From the NCBI RefSeq assembly GCF_034931325.1, contig NZ_JAYGHX010000012.1:49061-73060 (forward strand): a stretch of 24,000 bases of DNA, written 5' to 3'. Origin of the DNA: Cyanobium gracile UHCC 0139 (GTDB taxonomy: Bacteria; Cyanobacteriota; Cyanobacteriia; PCC-6307; Cyanobiaceae). Positions 13,684 to 21,210 of the stretch are shown here, piece by piece; the stretch's first letter is position 1, and each line of letters begins with the position of its first letter. Below the pieces are notes generated by a model that saw nothing but the letters and a program-made list of their open reading frames with translations, did not search any database and was not told the origin of the DNA. A program made the position numbers and the translations under genes.

Positions 13684-14889
13684 TCACTCGCCTGCGGCCT
13701 GCAGCACCGCCAGCGCCCTGAACAGGCGCCCCAGGGCCTCCGCCAAAGCGCTGGCGTCGAGCATGCCGTAGCTGAGCCGCAGCAGGGCCTGGCCTCCCGC
13801 CCGCGGCAGACCGAAGCTGTCACCCGGAAGGGCGGCCACTCCGTGACCCAGCACCAGATGGCGCATCAGCGGCTCGCCCCCCAGGCCGCTGGGAAACCGC
13901 AGCAGGCCATAGAAGGCGCCGTCGGGGGGGCCCAGCAGCTCCAGCGTCTGGCCGCCGGTCCGGGCCGCCGCCACCGCGTCGATCAGCTGCCGGCGCCGCT
14001 GGCCCAGGGTGGCGATATGGGGCCGGCACCAGGCCGGACCGGCCTCCAGGGCCGCCAGCGCCGCCCGCTGGCTCACCAGGGGCGGACAGATCAGCACCGT
14101 GTCCTGGACCTTGGCCAGGGCCCCCATCAGTTGGCGGGGCACCGCCGCGTAGCCCACCCGCCAACCGGCCATGCCGTAGGCCTTGGAGAGGGAGAACAGG
14201 GACACGGTGTGCCCCCCGCTGCCCGGCAGCCGGCCCGGGCCTCGATGGGGGACCGCCCCATGGATGAAATCGGCATAGGCCTCGTCGCTCACGTGCAGCA
14301 GGCCGTGGCGGTGGCAGAGGCCGTTGATGGCCGCCAGCACCTCCGGGGGCGTCACCAGGCCACTGGGATTGCTGGGGGAGATCGTCACGATGGCGCGGGT
14401 GCGGGGGGTGATCGCCGCCGCCAGCCGCTCGGGATCGGGCACCAGCCCCGCCGCCACCGGCACGGGCACGCCCCCGGCCAGGCGGATCGCCATGGCGTGA
14501 TTGAAATAGAAGGGCAGGGGCAGCAACACCTCGTCGCCCGGGTCGCAGAGCACCTGGGCGATGGCGTGGAAGGCCATGTTGCTGCCGGCGGTCACCAGCA
14601 GGTCGCTGCCCTCCAGATCCAGCCCCCGCACCTCGGTGAGCTCCCGCCGGACCGCCTCCAGCAGAGCCTCCTCGCCCTGCACCGGCCCGTAGCGGTCGAG
14701 CCGCCGGTCGGCTTCCACCATGGCCCGGCCGACGGCCTGGCACACCGCCTGCGGCGGCGCCCAACTGACCATGCCCTGGGCCAGGGAGAGGGCGTCCGGG
14801 CGCTGGCGCATCAGGGCCCCCACCTGGGGGATCACCGGATCGGCCACCGCCGCCATCCGCGCCGCCGCACCGGGAGATGTCCTCCCCAT
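13684..14889 (-). CDS. Class I/II pyridoxal-phosphate-dependent aminotransferase
   Basis: PLP-Lys motif SLSKAYGMAGWRVGY and the NPSG motif (SPSNPSGLV) are present. Start is ambiguous: ATG 14889 (1 nt after the phoR stop) or ATG 14856. The track's 14967 start would overlap phoR. Confidence 0.85.
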   Translation of the reverse strand: MGRTSPGAAARMAAVADPVIPQVGALMRQRPDALSLAQGMVSWAPPQAVCQAVGRAMVEADRRLDRYGPVQGEEALLEAVRRELTEVRGLDLEGSDLLVTAGSNMAFHAIAQVLCDPGDEVLLPLPFYFNHAMAIRLAGGVPVPVAAGLVPDPERLAAAITPRTRAIVTISPSNPSGLVTPPEVLAAINGLCHRHGLLHVSDEAYADFIHGAVPHRGPGRLPGSGGHTVSLFSLSKAYGMAGWRVGYAAVPRQLMGALAKVQDTVLICPPLVSQRAALAALEAGPAWCRPHIATLGQRRRQLIDAVAAARTGGQTLELLGPPDGAFYGLLRFPSGLGGEPLMRHLVLGHGVAALPGDSFGLPRAGGQALLRLSYGMLDASALAEALGRLFRALAVLQAAGE

Positions 14890-14890
14890 C

Positions 14891-15991
14891 TCAGGCCACC
14901 ACAGGCAGGAACAGCTCCAACACCGCCCCGCCCCGGGGATGGTTGGAGGCCTGGATGCGGCCGCCATGGGTGACGGCGATCTGCTGGACGATCGCCAGAC
15001 CCAGTCCGCTGCCGCCCCGGTCGCTGCGTACCCGGGAGGGATCGCCGCGGTAGAAGCGCTCGAACATGTGCTCGAGGTCGTCCTCGCTGAGGCCGGGGCC
15101 CTCGTCGCGCACCGTCAGCAGACACCAGCCCACCGTCGCTTCGATCTCCACCCACACGGTCCCTCCCTCGGGGCTGTAGCGCAGGGCATTGTCCAGCAGG
15201 TTGAGCACGGCTCGATGCAGCCGCGAGCCATCCCCCAGCACCGCCAGGTCCCCCTGGGCGGTGAACTCCAGGCGGATGGAACGCCGCTCGGCCAGGGGCC
15301 GCAGGCCGAGCCAGACCTGCTGCACCAGCTGGGGCAGGTCGACGCGGCCGCGGCGGCGCACCCCCTCGGGCAGGGTGTTCTCCAGCCGGGAGAGCTCCAT
15401 CAGGTCGCCGACGAGCCGCTGCAGCCGCAGCAACTCCCGCTGCAGCCGTTCCACCAGAACGGCATTGGCGTCGTTGACGTGGGCGGCCAGGCTGTCACCC
15501 ACCAGCAACAGCGCCGTGAGGGGTGTCTTGAGTTCGTGGGCCACATCGCTCACCCAGCGCTCCTGCTGCTCCAGCTGGGCTTCGAGCGAACGACGACTCT
15601 GGAGCAGCACGGCCACCCAGCCGTCGTCCCCGGGCAGGACGAACACGGCCAGCTGCTGCTCCCCGAGCTCCCAGTCGAGACGCTGGGGCCGCTCCCGCCG
15701 GCGGGCGTTGCGGATCACCTCCAGCAGCTCGGGCGACCGGCAGACCCGGTCGAGGGGTTCCTGGCGCCGCATCCCCGCTCCAGGGGCCTCCAGCAGCCGT
15801 TCGGCCCGCTGGTTGATCAGCTGGATGCGATCGCCGCTGTCGAGAATCAGCCAGCCATCGGGGGCCTCTCCGATCCAGCGCAGCAACTGCCGAAGGGACA
15901 GCCCGGAGAGGGATCGGCCGGGCCGACCGGTACGACGCGCCAGCAGCCAACCCAGGGCGAGACCCAGCAGCCCCGCCAGCAGAACCCCCAT
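14891..15991 (-). CDS. phoR: Sensor histidine kinase, PhoR/SphS type (N-terminal anchor, PAS-like, HisKA, HATPase)
   Basis: 366 aa. H-box VSDVAHELKTPLTAL, N-box LLDNALRYS and G-boxes RDEGPGL / GGSGLGLAIV are present. It lies immediately downstream of the OmpR-family regulator. Confidence 0.85.
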   Translation of the reverse strand: MGVLLAGLLGLALGWLLARRTGRPGRSLSGLSLRQLLRWIGEAPDGWLILDSGDRIQLINQRAERLLEAPGAGMRRQEPLDRVCRSPELLEVIRNARRRERPQRLDWELGEQQLAVFVLPGDDGWVAVLLQSRRSLEAQLEQQERWVSDVAHELKTPLTALLLVGDSLAAHVNDANAVLVERLQRELLRLQRLVGDLMELSRLENTLPEGVRRRGRVDLPQLVQQVWLGLRPLAERRSIRLEFTAQGDLAVLGDGSRLHRAVLNLLDNALRYSPEGGTVWVEIEATVGWCLLTVRDEGPGLSEDDLEHMFERFYRGDPSRVRSDRGGSGLGLAIVQQIAVTHGGRIQASNHPRGGAVLELFLPVVA

Positions 15992-16684
15992 TCAGCCGAA
16001 GCGGTAGCCGAAGCCCCGGACGGTGATCAGGTGCTCGGGGGCCGAAGGGTTGGCCTCCAGCTTCTCCCTCAGCCAGCGGATGTGGACGTCGACCGTCTTG
16101 CTGTCGCCGAAGTAGTCGTAGCCCCAGACCCGCTCGAGCAGCTTGTCGCGGCTCCAGACGCGGCGGGGATGCTGCATGAACAGCTCCAGCAGCCGGTACT
16201 CCTTCGGCGAGAGGTTGACCTCCAGGCCATCGCGGGTGACGCGGCACTCCTCGGGGAACAGGCTGAGGTTGGCGTGCTGAAGCACCTTGGCGGCCACCTC
16301 CACCGAGCGGCTGCGGCGCAGCAGGGCACGGCAGCGGGCCACCAGCTCCCGCAGACCGAAGGGCTTGATCAGATAGTCGTCGGCCCCCACCTCCAGCCCC
16401 AGCACCCGGTCGGTCTCGCTGTCGCGGGCACTGACCACCAGGATGGGGGTCTGGTTGCCGGCAGAGCGCAGCTGCCGGCAGAGGTCAAGTCCCCCCAGCC
16501 CGGGCAGCATCAGATCGAGAACGACGAGGGAGAACTCCTCACCCGGTGGGCATTCCTGCAGGGTGCGCAGGGCCTCCTTGCCGTTGCCGCAAGCGGTGAC
16601 GGAAAAGCCCTCCAGCACCAGAACGTCGCGGATGGTTTCGCGGATCGTGTCGTCGTCCTCGACGACCAGAAGCGGGGGATGCAT
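15992..16684 (-). CDS. phoB: OmpR/PhoB-family response regulator (PhoB/SphR type)
   Basis: Start taken at ATG 16684 (MHPPLLVVEDDD...), giving 230 aa. The receiver domain has the VVLDLMLPG acceptor Asp. The C-terminal winged helix reads VDVHIRWLREKLE...ITVRGFGYRF. Confidence 0.9.
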   Translation of the reverse strand: MHPPLLVVEDDDTIRETIRDVLVLEGFSVTACGNGKEALRTLQECPPGEEFSLVVLDLMLPGLGGLDLCRQLRSAGNQTPILVVSARDSETDRVLGLEVGADDYLIKPFGLRELVARCRALLRRSRSVEVAAKVLQHANLSLFPEECRVTRDGLEVNLSPKEYRLLELFMQHPRRVWSRDKLLERVWGYDYFGDSKTVDVHIRWLREKLEANPSAPEHLITVRGFGYRFG

Positions 16685-16728
16685 GCCGGCATTATCGCTG
16701 TCGGCGACGGGGAGATCCCAGAACTGTC

Positions 16729-17361
16729 TCAACGCCGTGGCAGATAGCTGACCACCAGACGCCGCTGGCTGTCGAGCTGCAGCCAGCCCTCGTCGCGGAG
16801 GGCGCCGATCACGCGGGTGACCGTGACACGGGTGGTGGCCAGGGCGCTGGCCACCTCCTGATGGGTCAGGCGCAGGTTGAGGCGCAGACCCGATTCACAG
16901 GGCTGGCCGTACTCACTGGCGAGAAGTTCGAGGAAGCCGCGCACCCGTTCGTCGACACGTTTCAGACCCATCAGGGCCAGCAGGGCCTGGCTCTGCTGGA
17001 TGCGCTGGCCCAGGGCTTCCAGCATGGCCACGGCCAGGGTGCCGTCCTGGCGGATCTCGCTGCAGCTGAGGCAGAGCAGGTCCGTGTCGGACAGGGTGGT
17101 GGCGGCGTAGGCCTCGACACCGTTGAGGGGATCACCGAAGGGCTCGTTGGGGCCGGCCAGACCGAGCAGCATCTCGTCGCCGTGGATGGTGATGGCACTC
17201 AGCTTGACCATGCCGCGAACCACAAGCCAGACGTTGTTCTTCAGCAGGGGGACGTGACTCCCGGCGCTGACATGAACCAGACTGCGTTTCTGGTAGTTCG
17301 CTTCGAGAAGCTCGCGGAATCCATCCTTGCTGCCGGATTCACGGGAGGGCGTGAATACCAT
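16729..17361 (-). CDS. CRP/FNR-family transcriptional regulator (PtrA-like by context)
   Basis: 210 aa. A cNMP-binding-like beta-roll is followed by the C-terminal HTH LTHQEVASALATTRVTVTRVIGALRDEGWL. It lies between the sphX-CHAD pair and phoBR. Confidence 0.85.
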   Translation of the reverse strand: MVFTPSRESGSKDGFRELLEANYQKRSLVHVSAGSHVPLLKNNVWLVVRGMVKLSAITIHGDEMLLGLAGPNEPFGDPLNGVEAYAATTLSDTDLLCLSCSEIRQDGTLAVAMLEALGQRIQQSQALLALMGLKRVDERVRGFLELLASEYGQPCESGLRLNLRLTHQEVASALATTRVTVTRVIGALRDEGWLQLDSQRRLVVSYLPRR

Positions 17362-17378
17362 CGGGGAAAGCGCATCGG

Positions 17379-17400
17379 ATGCAGCGAACTGTATGCAGCG
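17379..17400. repeat. Direct repeat ATGCAGCG-N6-ATGCAGCG upstream of the CRP-family gene
   Basis: Exact 8-mers at 17379-17386 and 17393-17400 (14-bp period), 18-39 nt upstream of the ATG at 17361. The adjacent sequence GCATCgGATGC (17372-17382) is palindromic. Confidence 0.3.
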
Positions 17401-17438
17401 ACACTCGGTAGATGGGCAAAGGGCTGGTAGTGCTTTGG

Positions 17439-18398
17439 TTAAGAGCTCGGTAAGGCGGATGGGGCCACCAGGCCCGGTTTCGGCAGACCCTCGCAGCGAC
17501 GTTCGAGCAACGCCATCGCCAGGCTGCGGCGCCGCTCGGGGAGGATCAGGCCATCGGCCCGCTGACGCCAGTGTTCCCAGCAGGTCTGGGCGCGGCGGCG
17601 CAGCAGGGCCTCCAGCACGGGCACGCTGCGCACCAGCCCCGCTGGCAGCTGGTCATCGATCGCCTTCTCCAGGACATGGAGATCGTTGAGTTCGCCGAGC
17701 AGCTCCTGCAGGTCCCGCAACTCGGCCATCCACTGCCGGCAGCGGGAGCCGGTAACGGCACCGAGGTTCTCCAGGCCATAGCGCGCCGTCTTCAGTCGCT
17801 TGCGCAGGTCGTGGACGAGCTCCATGTCGCCGTGACGATCCGCGATGAACCAGCCGGGGTGCTGGAACAGGCCGGCCACCATCGGGGCCTGCCACTCCTG
17901 GGTCCAGGAGCGCAGGGGAAGGGCCCCCAGCGGGGTGAGATCGGGCTCCCTGAGCCAGCCCTGCAGCTGGGAGAGCAGCTTCAGATAGCCGCCGCTGCGC
18001 AGGGCCGTGACCAGCTGCTCGTAGGCCAGGGCCCGCTCGCGCCGCAACTGCTTCAGCACCGGCCGCAGGGCCTTGCGCTCCGCCTCAGGCAGCTCGCCCA
18101 TGAGGTCCTGCTCCAGCCGCTGGCGCAGCACATCCAGATCCCGCGCCATGCCGAGCCGACGCACCGTCTTGGCGAGCCGGGGATCGCCGACGGCCCGGGG
18201 CAGCCGCAGGGCGGGGGCGAACTGCTGCAGACAGGTGCGCAGACGACGCAGGGACACCCGCATCTGATGCAGGGGTTCGGGGTCCCGGTCGGCCAGAACG
18301 GGTCCCTGGAGGGACACCAGCTTGTGGGTATGGCGGCCGATCAGATCAACGGCGAAGGCTCCGTTGCTGAAGGGATGGTCGTCGTGCGGGCTGGCCAT
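17439..18398 (-). CDS. CHAD-domain protein
   Basis: Start taken at ATG 18398 (MASPHDD...). The track start at 18419 is a TTG that overlaps the sphX stop. CHAD hallmarks are present: LHQMRVSLRRLRTCLQQF, VHDLRKRLKTARYGLENL, LRDLQELLGELNDLHV. Confidence 0.8.
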   Translation of the reverse strand: MASPHDDHPFSNGAFAVDLIGRHTHKLVSLQGPVLADRDPEPLHQMRVSLRRLRTCLQQFAPALRLPRAVGDPRLAKTVRRLGMARDLDVLRQRLEQDLMGELPEAERKALRPVLKQLRRERALAYEQLVTALRSGGYLKLLSQLQGWLREPDLTPLGALPLRSWTQEWQAPMVAGLFQHPGWFIADRHGDMELVHDLRKRLKTARYGLENLGAVTGSRCRQWMAELRDLQELLGELNDLHVLEKAIDDQLPAGLVRSVPVLEALLRRRAQTCWEHWRQRADGLILPERRRSLAMALLERRCEGLPKPGLVAPSALPSS

Positions 18399-18415
18399 GG
18401 AAAGGGCCAAGGGCC

Positions 18416-19507
18416 TCAACGGGGTGTCTTCGAGCGGATCTCCTCGAAGCTGCGGCGGATGGCCTGGCTGATGGTGAGTCCGATGGGCAGATCGCCGCCG
18501 AAGGAGGTGCCCAGCAGATGCCGATAGAGCTTGGACTCAACAATACGGTAGGTATCGGGAGGCAGGGGAATGGCGCCGGCCTGCTCGGTGAAGCGCAGAC
18601 CCCTCTGAACGGCGAACGTGATGAACCGGCGTACGTCCGGCCTCTCCCGCAGGTCCTTGTCGTTCACGTAGACAAACAGCGGACGGGAGAGGGGCTGGTA
18701 GCGCTCCCGCTGGACATTGTTCACCGAGGGCAGCCAGGCGCCCCTCGGACCGGCAATTTCAAGGGCTTTCAGCTTGCCGCCCTGGCTGCGGTAGTAGGAG
18801 AAACCAAAGTAACCGAGGGCAAGCGGATTTTTCTCAACACAACGTACCAGAACGTTATCATCTTCACTGCCGGTGTAATCGCTACGGGAGTTACCCGAAT
18901 CTCCGTTGATGGCTTTGTTGAAGTAGTCAAAGGTGCCAGAATCCTTGCCGGGGCCGCAAAGGCTGATCGGCCGATCCGGCCAGGCGGGATTGACCTGTTT
19001 CCAACGCTGGATACGTCCCTGAGCCTTGCGGTTCCAGAGGGTGGAGAGCTGGGCCGTACTGATGCGGCTGGCCCAGGTGTTGCGGGGGTTGACCACCACG
19101 GAGATGGCATCGAAGGCCAGCGGCAGTTCGATGAAGCGGACACCCCTGGCGGCGCAGGCCTTCAGTTCCTTGGAATTGATCGGGCGGGAGGAATTGCTGA
19201 TCGGGATCTCACCTCGGCAGAAGCTGCGCAGGCCGCCGGAGCTGCCCGTCTCCTTCAGGGCGATGGAGACCGGCGGACCACCCGGCCGCTCCTGGAAGGC
19301 CCTGGCGGCCGCCTCCATGATGGGGAAGACGGTGCTCGACCCCTCGATCCGCACCACCGGCGCCGGGGCGCTCTGGGCCTGGGCCCGCTGCGCCACCAGG
19401 GAGGGCCCCAGCCAGACCCCGATCAAAAGACCCAACCCAGCTCCGACCCGGTGGCGCTTCGCCCCCGGGCACGGCGTCGGAACTGTCGCGGACAGCTTCA
19501 GGACCAT
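18416..19507 (-). CDS. sphX: Phosphate ABC-transporter substrate-binding protein, PstS family (SphX-like)
   Basis: 363 aa. A signal peptide ending AQRAQAQS is followed by VRIEGSSTVFPIMEAAARAF, ISNSSRPI and AFDAISVVVNPRN, which are typical of the PstS/SphX periplasmic-binding fold. Confidence 0.85.
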   Translation of the reverse strand: MVLKLSATVPTPCPGAKRHRVGAGLGLLIGVWLGPSLVAQRAQAQSAPAPVVRIEGSSTVFPIMEAAARAFQERPGGPPVSIALKETGSSGGLRSFCRGEIPISNSSRPINSKELKACAARGVRFIELPLAFDAISVVVNPRNTWASRISTAQLSTLWNRKAQGRIQRWKQVNPAWPDRPISLCGPGKDSGTFDYFNKAINGDSGNSRSDYTGSEDDNVLVRCVEKNPLALGYFGFSYYRSQGGKLKALEIAGPRGAWLPSVNNVQRERYQPLSRPLFVYVNDKDLRERPDVRRFITFAVQRGLRFTEQAGAIPLPPDTYRIVESKLYRHLLGTSFGGDLPIGLTISQAIRRSFEEIRSKTPR

Positions 19508-19567
19508 GGGTCTTGACCAGCGAAGGGGAGGCGCTGGGCCGATCCTGCACCACGAAGACCGGGGGTT

Positions 19568-19586
19568 GGGTTAAGGGGAGATTGTG
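19568..19586 (-). promoter_or_regulatory. Weak Pho-box candidate upstream of sphX
   Basis: The minus strand reads CACAATCT-ccc-CTTAACCC. These are two 8-mers at 11-bp spacing resembling the cyanobacterial PyTTAAPyPy(T/A) repeat (5/8 and 7/8 matches), 61-79 nt upstream of the ATG. A third repeat is not evident. Confidence 0.2.
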
Positions 19587-19587
19587 G

Positions 19588-19628
19588 CTGGGACCGCGGG
19601 AGTGCCTTGGGCGGCGGATGGGTCCCAG
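19588..19628 (-). terminator. Stem-loop directly after the corA stop
   Basis: CTGGGACC (19588-19595) and GGTCCCAG (19621-19628) are exact reverse complements around a 25-nt G/C-rich loop. On the minus strand the structure starts 5 nt after the corA stop. There is no U-tract. Confidence 0.35.
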
Positions 19629-19632
19629 GCCG

Positions 19633-20754
19633 TCAGCCCTGCCCCGTCCAGTCCTGGAACCAGCCCCGCCGCCACAGCCACCAGGCCTGGAGCGTGGCGA
19701 TCAGCAGCATCAGCAGCATGACGAGGGCGTAACCATGGCGCCACTTCAGCTCGGGCATGTACTCGAAGTTCATGCCGTAGATGCCGACGATGAACGTGAG
19801 CGGCGCAAAGATGCTGGTGAGGATGGTGAGGGTCTTCATCACCTGGTTCATCCGGTTGCCCACGCTGGCCGCATAGGACTGGGTGATGGCATCGCACTGA
19901 TTCCGCAGCGACCCGCAGGCCTCGAACAGCTGGTCGACGAGTTCGGCCATGTCCCGGAAGCCTTCCAGCGCCTCGGTGCCCAGCAGTCGTTGCCGCTGGC
20001 GCAGCAGCAGACGGATCTGGTGGCGCAGGGGCCAGATCAAGGTGCGGATGATCCGCAGATTGCTGCGGAATTCGTAGGAGCGGCGCAGGATCAACGGCCG
20101 GGGATTCCGCAGGGAGGATTCCTCCAGGGCATCCAGCCGCTGGGACATGGCCTCCAGCATGGGGAAGAGGTCGTCGAGCAGGTCATCAATGACAAAGTGC
20201 AGGATGTCATCCAGATCCCTGTCGGCCAGCGATCCCGACTTGGACAGCAGCCACTCGGTGAGATCCGGGAAGGGATCCCCACCGCAGCCTTCCTCCAGGG
20301 TGATCAGCAAGCCGGGCAGCAGGACCAGGCCCACCTGCTCGCTGACCAGATGGGCCGGATCCTTGGCGAAACTGAGCCGGTGCAGCACCACCAGCAGCAC
20401 ATCCTCCAGTCCGTTGACCTGGGGCCGCTGGGGGACTTCGAGCAGGGGGGCCAGCACGACCGCCGGCACCTCCAGGCGATCCAGGAGCTGCTGGATGTAG
20501 CGGCGATCCCCAAGCCCCTGCAGGCGCAGCCACAGGGGAGTGCCGGCCTGGCGCAGGCTGGCCAGCAGCTCGATGGCGGGGGAGGGGGTCCGCACTGGCC
20601 CGGAATCCAGAAACAGCACCGCATCGGCCCGGGTGGGTCCGAGCCCGCCATGGACGTAAAGATGGGTAGGAAGGCCCGCCGGACGCTGCTCCAGGCGCTG
20701 GGAATTCAGCGCCCCTGGGGTAAGTCGCACGACTGACGTCCCGGTTGTTGCCAT
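19633..20754 (-). CDS. corA: CorA-family magnesium/cobalt transporter
   Basis: 373 aa. The C-terminal sequence FIVGIYGMNFEYMPELKW carries the GMN motif, followed by the last TM segment. Confidence 0.9.
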   Translation of the reverse strand: MATTGTSVVRLTPGALNSQRLEQRPAGLPTHLYVHGGLGPTRADAVLFLDSGPVRTPSPAIELLASLRQAGTPLWLRLQGLGDRRYIQQLLDRLEVPAVVLAPLLEVPQRPQVNGLEDVLLVVLHRLSFAKDPAHLVSEQVGLVLLPGLLITLEEGCGGDPFPDLTEWLLSKSGSLADRDLDDILHFVIDDLLDDLFPMLEAMSQRLDALEESSLRNPRPLILRRSYEFRSNLRIIRTLIWPLRHQIRLLLRQRQRLLGTEALEGFRDMAELVDQLFEACGSLRNQCDAITQSYAASVGNRMNQVMKTLTILTSIFAPLTFIVGIYGMNFEYMPELKWRHGYALVMLLMLLIATLQAWWLWRRGWFQDWTGQG

Positions 20755-20959
20755 GATTCAACCGCAATTGTCCGGGGGAAGGCCTGACGTGCGGCGATGC
20801 GCCGACGCAGGGTCTGGGGCGGTGGAGGGAGCTTTACGGAGCCTTAACACGGTCTGGCTAAGATTTCAAACCGATTGAAGAGTGACATTGACAAATCAGC
20901 CCTCCACGGGACCGCTCCATCCCGAACTCGGCCGGCCTGAAAGGGATGTCAAATCTCCC

Positions 20960-21175
20960 ATGGAGGCCCATAGCAGCTACCGGGGCAGCGACTGGAGCCC
21001 GGAGCGGCTGATGTTCCACCAGAACCTGGAGTCCTTCGCCGACCAGGTCGGCTTGATCGTCGGCCTGCAGGCCAACGGCAAGATGACCCAGGACGAGGCC
21101 TACGCGAAAATCAAGAAGATCTGGAAAGGGCTCAAATTCACCCGCAGTTCCCTCTTCGACGAATCCACGGACTGA
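20960..21175 (+). CDS. Small hypothetical protein (71 aa)
   Basis: High GC3 starts only at ATG 20960 (MEAHSSYRGSDWSPERLMFHQNLESFADQVGLIVGLQANGKMTQDEAYAKIKKIWKGL...). The track's upstream GTG at 20882 precedes a stretch with mixed third-codon positions. The antisense 115-aa ORF looks spurious. Confidence 0.6.
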   Translation: MEAHSSYRGSDWSPERLMFHQNLESFADQVGLIVGLQANGKMTQDEAYAKIKKIWKGLKFTRSSLFDESTD

Positions 21176-21177
21176 TC

Positions 21178-21210
21178 CTGCCGTCTGCGCTGTGACAGCG
21201 ATCACGGCAG
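21178..21210. terminator. Compound hairpin between convergent genes (possible bidirectional terminator)
   Basis: CTGCCGT (21178-21184) pairs with ACGGCAG (21204-21210). This encloses CGCTGT-g-ACAGCG (21188-21200). The structure overlaps the pyruvate-kinase-family stop codon. Confidence 0.45.

Noticed and set aside
11591-13823. Minus-strand ORFs of 387, 275, 228 and 359 aa across the exb region, plus the 5' part of the plus-strand 11637-12596 ORF
   Set aside because: These are Arg/Pro/Gly/Ala-rich translations opposite, or out of frame with, the ExbB/ExbD genes. Only the 3' third of 11637-12596 (from ATG 12243) looks like a real protein (ExbD-like).
14720-16747. 675-aa plus-strand ORF
   Set aside because: It is exactly antisense to the phoR and phoB genes, which have complete kinase and receiver motifs. 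Its composition is low-complexity (Q/G/P/A/L-rich) with no recognisable domain.
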